DNA of 64,000 nt. Source: Azolla caroliniana. Its lineage: Eukaryota > Plantae > Polypodiophyta. This document shows, one piece after another, positions 37,200-49,186 of the stretch (the first letter of the stretch is position 1; the number at the start of each line of letters is the position of its first letter). The DNA lies in contig JBHGNT010000022.1 in NCBI GenBank assembly GCA_043228905.1, forward strand, positions 9,858,001 to 9,922,000. Reading direction: 5' to 3'. Under the pieces are notes generated by a model. It saw only the letters and a program-made list of their open reading frames with translations. It made no database searches and was not told the DNA's origin. The position numbers were made by a program, and so were the translations under genes.

Positions 37200-37690
37200 T
37201 CTATCACGAACACACCAACCACGGACTACGACGGAACATGGATGACAAGGCTACGACTACTAACTGGAATCAGAAGTGACGAGGCTAGGAACTGTAGAAG
37301 TTGCGAGCTACAAGACTGTGAACATAGGAAGCTAGGGTTAATTAGAGAGCATGAAGACAAATATGAAGATCAAGGAGACAATATGGCATGAAAGGAGAAT
37401 ACTAGATTGATGTGTTAATGACTAGTGTTGAATCCCCTAAAAGGGACCAAGGAGGTTACACGTATTTATACAGGTTCCGAGATTGAATATCTCTAGAATA
37501 TACTCATCTAGAATATACTGTACAATATTTCTAGAATATACTAATGACTAGAATGTTGTAATTCTGAAATGTATTATATGCTAGATTATATAATACTAAA
37601 CCAATTTATATACAAATGCATGCTCATATCAAAATGGTTGAGTGTGTCATCATCTTGTTGATGTGAGGTTGTAGGTTCAATCCTCACTAT
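37200..37690. mobile_element. Possible solo-LTR remnant (minus) followed by a tRNA-derived SINE-like head (plus)
   Basis: CTAGAATATAC repeats and minus-strand AACCTGTATAAATA resemble the chromovirus LTR at 43361. 37625-37690 has A-box-like AAAATGGTTGAG and B-box-like GGTTCAATCC. Confidence 0.3.
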
Positions 37691-38356
37691 ATATGTATTT
37701 TATGTCACTATGTCATGACACTTTCTTCTTTTATTTCTCCTTTTTTCATTTATGAAATCATATTATAATTGGTTATGAATTATTAATATGATTCTTTTGT
37801 GATTCTTATTGATTTATTACTCTTGCATGTCCATTTGGTAACATTAGTCTATTATTTCTTATTGTAACCCTTATTACATTAATTACTTTTATAAACACTC
37901 TTTCTTAATAATACATATATTGAAAATGGCGGTCATCAATGAGATTGAGGTGTCTTGTTTACAGATGGACCAATGTACAAACCAATGTCTAGATTGTTCT
38001 TCACATAGTCTAATACTTACTAGAGGTTACAAAGAGATTGAGCATGCAGGATCATAAGGACATTATTTAAAAAGTGTTATACTATTAAAATTTGAATTAG
38101 CACATAGAGCATATAAGGATTAGGAATTAGAGTATTTTGGAGGAGATTGTAGAGTTCATGAAATCATCTTTAGACTTAGTGAAAGGGGTAGAGAATGTAG
38201 GTAAACTTGTTGCAAAGAGAGCAATAGTTCACGTGCGTAGGCAAACGAGTAACTTGTGGTAAGTACAAAAATCACCCTATACACTTCTTGGAGATGACAA
38301 AGGTATTGAGTTTTCTATATATTTGATTTTATATATTGAGTTTTTTACTATAGACT

Positions 38357-41300
38357 TGTTGGGATTTCGGTCCCTTCGGATGGGATGGTCGGATGTCGGA
38401 GACGAATGCCGACAAGCCCGGTTTCGGTTTCGGATCCGGATGACGAAGACCCCGGCTTCGGTGCCGGATGACGAATGTACCCGGAGAGCGATCCGGATGC
38501 AGGGACATATCCGTAATATGTTCGCTATGGGCCCCTGAGGCTATAGTTGTAAATAGCCCAAAGTCATATAAGTATAAATATGACTTAGGGCAAACCTATT
38601 TTGTTGTTGCTGATTATTTTTTTCTGTTTTTCCACTCAAGAGGAGTGAAGAGAGTGCAGCCGCGTGAGAGAGAGAGAGATAGAGCGCGAGAGTGAAGAGG
38701 TAGACGCCTCTGTGTACTTCCGCCGCCTGTGGCGAGGACAGCGAGCTCAAGGTCGTCGCCTTGCAGCTCGCCATTGTATACTTACTCTGTATAGTGTTGG
38801 TTTGGAGTCTTGTACTCCCGTGGTTTTTCCCGTCTAGGGTTTTCCACGTTAATCCCTGTGTACTCGCGTTTTGGTTCTCCGTGTGGTTCCTATTTTCTGC
38901 TCCATTGATTCGCGCTTACTCGGCTGTGGCCGAGTGGTGAAGGTGAATAGAAGTGTCTATTCCTATCAAACTGGTATCAGAGCGACTGTTGCAGAAAATG
39001 GAAGGCGGCGGCAGCGGGCAGCCGATGATGATGGTGCTGAATGCACAGAATTACGCCGACTGGAAGATCAAGATGGAGGATCTTCTGATTGTTCGGGACC
39101 TGTACGAACCGATTGACAGGTCGGAAATACCGAAGGGGGTACTTGAGTCGGAGTGGAAGCTCCTGAACCGGAAAGCCGTAGCGACGATCCGACAATATGT
39201 CGATGTAAGCGTCCTACAACATGTGGCGAACGACACCAACGCATATGAGATGTGGAAGAAGCTGTCGGGCCTCTACGAGAGGAAGAATGCGTTGAACCGG
39301 ACCTCCCTGATGAGGAAGATAGTGAACCTCAAGTACCGGGACGGCGAGAGTATGGTCGAACACGTAAGCACGTTCATGGGATTCGTGAATCAGCTTGCGG
39401 CGATCAAGTTCCCGTTGGAGGATGCAATGCAAGCCATCATCCTGATGTGTACATTGCCAGAAAGCTGGGAGAACTTGGTGGTGACTCTCAGCACCTCCTG
39501 CACCGAAGATAACTTGTCCTTACAAACGGTAAAGACAAGTATTTTGAATGAAGAAGCGCGTCGGAGAGATAAGGAACCGACCTCCGACCCGAAGATGTTG
39601 TTTACCGAATCGGATCGGGGAAGACAATGGAACCGGAGTCCGCAAAGACGGGAGAAGTCGGGGACCCGGTCGCAGTCAAGAGGAAGGCCCACATGCTTCC
39701 ACTGTGTGAAGCCGAGGCACTTCCGAAAGAATTGTCGGCATTACCGAAAGGATAATGGAACCGACAACACCGATTCGAAGAAGTCACCGGAGAGAAACGG
39801 TGCATACCGGGGAGCCACGGACCGGAATGGTTCGGATCGGCGAGGACAGGACCGGAAAGGAACGACGGCACTCGCGGCAAGTGAAGAGGAGATCATGCTC
39901 ATCACCGAAGAAGGTGAACTAAACATTGCCGGCAATGAGACGACCTGGGTGGTCGATTCCGGAGCATCGTTCCACCTGACCCCGGAGAGAAGATACTTCT
40001 CATCCTACACAGCCGGCGAGCATGGCTGTGTTCGGATGGGAAATGAAGGTACGTGCCGGATTGCCGGCATAGGAGACGTGTGGTTGACAACCCCGACCGG
40101 ATGCAAAATGCTGCTGAAGGATGTCCGACACGTTCCGGAGGTTCGATTGAACCTGATTTCGGCCGGGAGGCTAGACGATGAAGGCTACACAGGTAGCATC
40201 CGGAACGGCGTAATGAAGTTCAGCAAGGGGAGCCTGATAGTGGCTCGGGCCCGGAAAGTCAACACACTGTACCTGATGAATGCCCGGTTATGTCCGGAAG
40301 AGCTGAATGTGGCAGCCGACACTGCCGGTGAGCTGTGGCACAAAAGACTGTGCCACATGAGTGAGAAGGGGATGAAGAGGCTTGCAGAAGACAACCTTAT
40401 TCCAGTGAAGCATGTGCACCTGGAGAAGTGCACCGATTGCCTGGCCGGTAAGCAGAACCGAACCTCCTTCCACTCAAGGCCACCGACGAGACGTAGCGCA
40501 CCATTGGAGTTGGTGCACACCGACGTGTGTCAGGTAGAAACGAAGTCACATGGCGGAGCCCAGTACTTCGTAACATTCATAGATGATCACAGCCGAAGAC
40601 TGTGGACGGCACCGTTGAAGACAAAGGACCAAGTATTGTCCGTCTTCAAAGAACTCCACGCGAGAGTGGAAAGGGAATCCGGCAAGAAGCTGAAAGCGAT
40701 ACGAGCGGATAACGGAGGGGAATACCGAGGGCAGTTCCAGGAGTACTGTCGCTCGAAGGGAATCCGACTCGAGTTTACTGTGCCGAAGACGCCGGAACTG
40801 AACGGGCTGGCCGAGAGGATGAACCGGACCATAATGGAGAGGGTCCGGAGTATGCTGGCACATGCGAAACTACCCAAGGGATTTTGGGCTGAGGCAATGT
40901 CGACGGCGACGTATGTGATAAATAGATCACCCTCAGTACCTTTGGACGGAGACACGCCGCAGAAAGTGTGGACCGGTAAGGAAGTGTCCTACCGGCATCT
41001 GAAGGTGTTCGGGTGTCTCGCATACGTGCATGTGGCAAAGGACCGGAGAGGAAAGCTAGATCCGAAGACCCGGCCATGCATATTCCTCGGTTACGGCGAC
41101 GACGAGTTCGGCTACCGAGTATGGGACCCGGTCGACAAGAAGATATTCCGGAGTCGTGATATCATCTTCATGGAGAACAAGACACTCGCCGACTGGGAGT
41201 CGGAGAAGAAGATGAAGAGCTCCAAGTCGACCGGTGAGGATCAACTCTACGAGGAGTAGTCCCGACCGGCAAGAGACCGGTTAGCACTCGAGGACCCGGC

Positions 41301-43333
41301 CGAAGACGGAGAAGAAACAGAACCGGCCGAAGAAGATGAAAATGATACCGGAACCGGCCCCGATCCCGAAATTGATTCGGATGAAGAAGAAGAATCGGAA
41401 GAACCGGTTACCGAAGCTCCCGAACGGAGATATCCTCTAAGAGAGAGGAGAGCCCCCCGGAGATTTCCGGAACCAGAGCACGTGCTGCTAACCGACGAGG
41501 GGGAGCCGGAGAGCTTTGAAGAAGCAAAGCACGACACCCAGAGCCGCAGGTGGTTGAGTGCCATGCAGGACGAGATGGATTCCCTGCATGAGAACCACAC
41601 ATATGAACTTGTGGAGTTGCCGAAAGGAAAGCGGGCACTTCGAAACAAGTGGGTGTTCAAGCTGAAACCGGGAGATGCCGGAAACCCCCCGAGATACAAA
41701 GCCAGGATTGTGGTGAAGGGGTTTCAGCAGAAGAAGGGCGTCGACTTCGACGAAATATTTGCCCCGGTAGTGAAGATGACCTCCATCCGGACGGTGCTGA
41801 GCATAGCGGCAAGCATGGACCTCGAGGTAGAACAGATGGACGTGAAGACGGCATTCCTTCACGGTGACCTCGAAGAAGAGATCTACATGCAGCAACCGGA
41901 AGGATTCGAGAAGGAAGGGAAGGAGCACCTGGTATGCCGGTTGAAGAAGAGCCTTTACGGACTGAAGCAGGCTCCCCGGCAATGGTACCGGAAGTTCGAC
42001 TCCTTCATGACCGACGAAGGGTACCTCAAAACGCAGTCCGACCACTGCGTGTTTGTGAAGAAGTTCGAAGGAGGAGACTTTCTAATACTCCTCCTGTACG
42101 TGGACGACATGTTGATCGTCGGACGGGACCAGGTCAAGATACGGATGCTGAAGAAGGCTCTTCACCGAACCTTCTCAATGAAGGTGAAGGGCACAGCGAA
42201 TGTGTGCCTCCGATTCGGCTCCGGTAAACCCGAACTCGACGGTTTCACCGATTCGGATATGTCGGCTGATGCAGATACCAGCTGGTCCACATCAGGGTAT
42301 GTGATGACGTATGCAGGGGGAGCTGTTTCATGGCAGTCGAGGCTGCAGAAGACGGTTGCGTTGTCAACCACGGAGGCGGAGTACATGGCGGCTGTTGAAG
42401 CCGGCAAGGAAATAATATGGATGAAGGACTTCATTAGAGAGCTCGGTATCCAACAGGAGGAGTACCGACTCTACTGCGACAGTCAGAGTGCAATCCACCT
42501 TGCGAAGAACGCGGCCTATCACTCCCGGACGAAGCACATCCAGCGAAGATATCACTGGATCCGGGAAAGGATAGAAGACAAGGAGTTCGTGCTGACAAAG
42601 ATCCACACGGACGAGAACGGGTCGGATATGCTGACCAAGGTCCTCACACCCGACAAGCTGGAAGCATGCCGGAAGAGGATCGGATTGGAGAGACATCCCA
42701 TGCCGAAGTGAAGGGGGAGTTTGTTGGGATTTCGGTCCCTTCGGATGGGATGGTCGGATGTCGGAGACGAATGCCGACAAGCCCGGTTTCAGTTTCGGAT
42801 CCGGATGACGAAGACCCCGGCTTCGGTGCCGGATGACGAATGTACCCGGAGAGCGATCCAGATGCAGGGATATATCCGTAATATGTTCGCTATGGGCCCC
42901 TGAGGCTATAGTTGTAAATAGCCCAAAGTCATATAAGTATAAATATGACTTAGGGCAAACCTGTTTTGTTGTTGCTGATTATTTTTTTCTGTTTTTCCAC
43001 TCAAGAGGAGTGAAGAGAGTGTAGCCGCGTGAGAGAGAGAGAGATAGAGCGCGAGAGTGAAGAGGTAGACGCCTCTGTGTACTTCCGCCGCCTGTGGCGA
43101 GGACAGTGAGCTCAAGGTCGTCGCCTTGCAGCTCGCCATTGTATACTTACTCTGTATAGTGTTGGTTTGGAGTCTTGTACTCTCGTGGTTTTTCCCGTCT
43201 AGGGTTTTCCACGTTAATCCCTGTGTACTCGCGTTTTGGTTCTCCGTGTGGTTCCTATTTTCTGCTCCATTGATTCGCGCTTACTCGGCTGTGGCCGAGT
43301 GGTGAAGGTGAATAGAAGTGTCTATTCCTATCA
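38357..43333 (+). mobile_element. Ty1/Copia (Tnt1-like) LTR retrotransposon with both LTRs and TSD
   Basis: 612-bp LTRs 38357-38968 and 42722-43333 (TG...CA; 7 transitions counted by eye). TSD AGACT; PBS TGGTATCAGAGC (tRNA-iMet) at 38972; PPT GAAGGGGGAG. Confidence 0.97.
38998..42711 (+). pseudogene. Copia gag-pol with one in-frame TAG (41257-41259) and an in-frame RT deletion
   Basis: Gag, CCHC knuckle, VDSGAS protease, integrase, RT LYVDDML and RNase H all lie in one frame. 121 codons are missing at 42184 relative to the 27-kb copy. Confidence 0.9.
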
Positions 43334-43360
43334 AGACTTCAATTTATGTTGATTAGATAT

Positions 43361-46300
43361 TGTCATGAATACATAAGCATCATGGCTTCACTTGGGCTTC
43401 AACCCAAGTCCTTGTAATACATAATCAAGAACCTAACCATTAAGATAACATATGATCATATGAAATAATAAAAGCTACTTCTTGTAATAGACTGACTATT
43501 GTAAATGTTCTAGAACATTCTAGAACATCTTAGAATATTCTAGGTCTAGAACATTCTAGAATATCCTAGAACTTCTTAGAATATTCTAGGTCTAGAACAT
43601 TCTAGAATATCCTAGAACTTCTTAGAATATTCTAGGTCTAGAACATTCTAGAACATTATAGAAATCACTAGGCTATAGGAACCTATAAATATAGACATAT
43701 AATTCTTCTCAAACCAATTCGAATCAACACCAATCTTAAGCTTTCGTTGCCTATCTTGTATCCATCTTTATTCAATCTTATTAATACATTCATTCTTCTC
43801 TTGTTGTGATCTCTTTACACTCTATCTTTTCTCTTGGTTCTGACAGTTTGATTCAAATCCTCTCTCTCCCTCTCTCCCTCTCTCCCTCTCTCCCTCTCTC
43901 CCTTATCCTCCTCTATAAACATCATGAAACCATGGCCATCATCAACTCAGAAGAATATCTCACCCTTATTGTAGAAATGGAGAATCTTAAATCCAAGTTC
44001 ACATCTTTCGAATTAGAGAATCAACGTCTTCTTGGGGATCTACAAAAGGTTACTGTGGAGAAGCAACAACAACAAGAAGAGTTTACGTGACGAGTGGAAC
44101 AATTAGAATCGACAATTGTAATTTTACAACAACAAAGGGTCGAAGGTCAAGGAAGTATTAAGGAGCCCAAAATCAATCTCCTGGCTAAATTTGATGGTTC
44201 GAGGGTGCATTTCCAAGGCTTCTTGAATCAAGTGCGGTTGGTAATCCAAATGCATCCCATGCGTTATCCGATAGATGCATCATGAGTCGGGTTAGTGGGA
44301 AGCTTATTGAGTGGCATAGCATTGTCATGGTTTGCTCCACTACTAGAGACAAATTCTCCTCTACTACATATTGTCAAAGAATTTAAGGCTTCCTTCGGAG
44401 ATACAGATCGGGTAAGAACGGCAATCAACAAGATTCGTACACTACGTCAAGGTGATCAACCAACCTCAACATATGCAGCTAATTTTTGCCTCATCGCAAG
44501 TGATATTCCTTAGGATGAACAAGCCGTAATGGAGCAGTTTTGTTCCGGTCTTCGTAGTGATGTGAAGGACTTACTTCTTACCTTCCCCGAGGATCCAAAA
44601 TCACTTACATAAGCTATTAGTCGAGCAATATGGTGTGATAATCGTCTTTTTTAGCGTCCATGTGAGAGACAACAAATAACAAGATCAAGATACACACCAA
44701 CTTATGCATCAGTAACGACGCAATCGTCTCCAAGGCAAACGTATAGCCCTGCTCCAACCCCAAGGCAAACACGTAGCCCAACCCCAATGGATAGGCCGAC
44801 GCCCATGGAGATCGATATGACCCAACGTCAAGGACCATTGTCAGAAGAAGAGAAGCAACGATGCCGAGCAAACCGTCTGTGCTTATATTGCGGAGGTTCA
44901 GGACACATAGCCATTCATTGCTCCCATAGGCCTAGACATCAGGTAAATCACATTCACTATGACAATAAAAATGAATCCAACATTTTAGAAGCACTTAGTG
45001 ATTCTAATATTATGAATAATCCACCCTTGTCCAATAAGTTTGAAGTCCTAAGACAATTAGAAGAGGAGTCAAACAAATAAGTCCGGCCAAAATAGGAGCC
45101 ATTTGGTTGGACAACCCTAGCTCTGTACAATCGAGTGTAGGTTCCATTTCATCCAAGCATGTTAGTAGAGTCTTCTCAGCCCAAGGACAAGTTAGGACAC
45201 CGAGTTGCCAACTTCACGTCCAAGCCCTCTTAAATACCGGAGCCAATTCTTGTTTCATGGATAGAGATTTTGCCCAAAAACATCAAATATCCTTGCATAC
45301 ACTTCCTTGCCCAGTTTCCGTAGTAGTGATTGATGGACGTCCCATAGCTTCCGGGAAGATATTCGAAGAGTCTGAGCCAATACACATACTCTTAGGTGAT
45401 TTAGGATGTGTAGTTTCCTTTAATATAATCCATAGCCCCGAGCATCCAATTGTCCTTGGTTTGCCATGGTTCGAGCTACATAACCCACGAATTGATTGGA
45501 GGAGGCGAGAAATTTGGTGCCCTTATGCAGAAAACATCATTGCTAAGGATCGAATCCATGACTATTCCCTTAAAGAATATAGTTCTACCAATGCACCATC
45601 TCCTTTTCACCAAATCTCAACTATCACATTGCAACAAATGGGAGGAAAGGAGGAACTTTTTTTGTTTGCAATATCTATGACACCTTCTAGTGCCACTCAA
45701 GGGAATTCAGACATTCAAATTCCTGAAAAATATCAAGAATATGCTAATGTTTTCGACAAAGTCAAAGCTAGTGTACTTCGAAAGTATCGGCCATATGATT
45801 GTCCCATTGACCTCCAACCAGGAAAAGAGCCACCGTGGGGTCCGATCTACAATCTGTGACCAACTGAGCTTGAGGTTCTTCGAGAATAGATCGAGGAGAA
45901 TCTTGCACATGGGTTTATTCGACATTCAAAGTCTCTAGCCGGTGCTCCTATGTTTTTTGTGAAGAAAAAGGACAGGTTGCTTCATTTGGTCGTGGACTAT
46001 CGGGGATTAAATAAAGTCACCATAAGAAATAGGTATGCTCTTCCTTTAATCTCCAGTCTTTTAGAGCGCATTGGTGGGACAAAACATTTTACAAAGATTG
46101 ATTTAAGGAGTGCATATAATCTTGTTTGCATTCGACCAGGAGATGAGTGGAAAACGACATTTTGCACTCATTATGGTCATTTCAAGTATACAATCATGCC
46201 TTTTGGGCTCACAAATGCACCCGCAATTTTCCAACATATGGCAAATAACATTTTCTGGGATTTTCTGGATATCTTTCTCATAATCTATTTAGATGATTTG

Positions 46301-49186
46301 TTGATTTACTCTAAAACACAGGAGGAGCATGATATACATGGCCGGAAAGTACTTGAACGCTTAAGAAAGTATGGTCTATATCTTAAACTTGAGAAGTGCA
46401 ATTTTGATAGCGAACAAGTTGAATTCTTAGGTTATACTATTTCATCTAAGGTTATCTTCATGGATCCAGCAAAAGTCAAAACAATATTGGAATCGCAACC
46501 CCCACGTTCTGTTCGAGATGTCCAATGCTTCCTCAGATTTGCTAACTTCTATCGCAAATTCATACAGAATTATTCAAAGATCGTGTTGCCTCTCACCCAA
46601 CTCACCAAGAAGTATCAAGCATTTGTTTGGACTATGGAAGCGAACACAACCTTTACTCAGCTCAAAGAGGCATTCACATCAGCTCCTATATTAGCACATA
46701 TTGATCCCTAAAAGCCATTACCATTGAAGCAGATGCGTCAGACTTTGCATTGGGGAGTATCCTATCCCAACAAGGCAAGAATGGGCAGTCCCATCCAGTC
46801 GCATTTCACTCAAGAAAATTTATTGCTGCGGAGATAAACTATGAGGTGCATGACAAGGAGTTACTAGATGTGGTTGACTCTTTCGAGCAATGGCGATATT
46901 TCTTGGAAGGATCGCCTCATCAAATCATCATTTATAGTGATCACAAAAATCTTACGTATTTTCGAACGACTCGAGTGTTAAATAGGAGACAAGCTCGGTG
47001 GGCACAATTTCTAACTCGTTTTGATTTCAAGATCGTTTTCCGCCTTGGGAAGCAACAAGGGAAGCCAGATGCTCTATCTCGACGTTCATATCTCGCACCT
47101 CGACCTGGAGATCCGGCCTTCGACAACTAAAAGCAAATTCTACTAGGCCCATCAAAGCTACAAGCAACAACAGTTTATGCCACGCCGTTGGATTCACGCC
47201 TTGTTGATACTATTCGACAACAACTTCACTCTGATGATTTCGCTAAGGATGTCTCAGTCCACATTAGTCCAAGCCATGCATCTTGCTCCACAATGCCAAG
47301 TTCATCTCTGAGTCAACATTATCAGGAATTCAAGTGGCAAGATGGCTTACTCTTTTACAAGAATCTCCTTTACGTCCCTGATGGATCACCTCACCTTCAA
47401 GTATTAGAGCATTGTCGTGATGCCCCTATGGCTGGACATTTTGGTATTGCCAAGACCATGGAGTTGGTGAAGCGCTCGTTTTGGTGGCCTCATTTGCAAA
47501 ATTTTGTCGAAGATTATGTTCATACATGTGACACCTATTGTCGAGCCAAAATACCCAAGCATCATCCTTATGGCTTGTTACAACCGTTACAGACTCCAAC
47601 CAAGCCATGACAGTCTATTTCTATGGATTTCATTACAGATCTTCCACCTTCACAAGGATTTGATACTATTTTAACAGTAGTGGATCGGTTAACGAAGATG
47701 GCACATTTTTTACCATGTGTAAAGAGCATCAGTAGTCAGGAAACCGCATATATCGTTATGCGTGAAGTATTTCACCATCATGGTCTTCCAGACAATATAA
47801 TTACTGATCGTGGTCCTCAATTTATCTCTCACTTTTGGAAGCACCTATGGGCAGGCCTCAAAATATCCTGCAAACTCTCTTCGGCTTATCATCCACAAAC
47901 TGACAGACAAAAAGAGCGCACGAATCAAATGCTCAAGAAATATCTTCGATGCTTCATCAGTTATCAACAAGATGATTGGAGTAATATTCTACATCTCACT
48001 GAGTTTGCATACAATAACACAATACACACTTCTACCAATGTTACACCTTTCTTTGCGTACACCGGCAACCATCCTCGATGGTGTATCTTGGATCTTCCCA
48101 AGGTCGCTCGAAACCCTAGTGTTGAGCATCATCTTCATCGACTACATCGAATTCAGTTAGCGTTATCTTCACATCTTTAGACAGCTCAAGCACAACATAA
48201 GACTAACGCCGATCGCCATTGTCTTAAGTCTCCTTTCAAGGTTGGTGACCAAGTATGGTTGCTTCGTCGTCACATGAAGACTACCCATCCATGTGAGAAG
48301 CTCGATTATCAACGCTTAGGTCCTTTTCTCATCACCACGGGTATTAACAATGCCACCTTTCGTCTTAATCTTCCAGCACACATGTGGCTTCACCCAGTCT
48401 TTCATAGCTCTCTTTTGGAACCTTGTCGCACCTCTTCCATTCCTAATCGTGTCGTGCCACCTCCACTCTCTGTCCAACTTGTTGATGGCCCTGAATATGA
48501 GGTAGCTGCTTTTCTCGATTCAAAGATTGTGCGAAATAAGCTCTATTATCTGGTTGATTGGGTAGGCTATCCTCTGAGTGAACGCACTTGGGAACCCGTC
48601 AATAATGTTTCTAATGCTCAAGCTCTTGTCAAATAATTCCATCACCGTTGTCCAAACAAACCGGGTCCTACATTGTTAATGACAACTTCCACTCGTCGTT
48701 CTCGAAGGAGAGATAGTGTCATGAATACATAAGCATCATGAATTCACTTGGGCTTGAACCCAAGACCTTGTAATACATAATCAAGAACTTAACCATTAAG
48801 ATAGCATATGATCATATATGAAATAATAAAAGTTACTTCTTGTAATAGACTGACTATTGTAAATGTTCTGGAACATTCTAGAACATCCTAGAACATCTTA
48901 GAATATTCTAGGTCTAGAACATTCTAGAATATCCTAGAACTTCTTAGAATATTCTAGGTCTAGAACATTCTAGAACATTATAGAAATCACTAGGCTATAG
49001 GAACCTATAAATATAGACATATAATTCTTCTCAAACCACTTCGAATCCACACCAGTCTTAAGCTTTCGTCGCCTATCTTATATCCATCTTTATTCTATCT
49101 TATTAATACATTCATTCTTCTCTTATCACTTCATTCTTCTCTTGTTGTGATCTCTTTACACTCTATCTTTTCTCTTTGTTCTGACA
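43361..49186 (+). mobile_element. Ty3/Gypsy chromovirus (Tcn1/Tf-like), both LTRs present, coding region decayed
   Basis: LTRs 43361-43845 and 48717-49186 (TGTCA...TGACA); TSD GATAT; PPT GAAGGAGAGATAG. Gag, PR (LLNTGA), RT (YLDDLL), RH, IN and chromodomain EYEV...YYLVDWVGY...TWEP; many stops. Confidence 0.95.
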
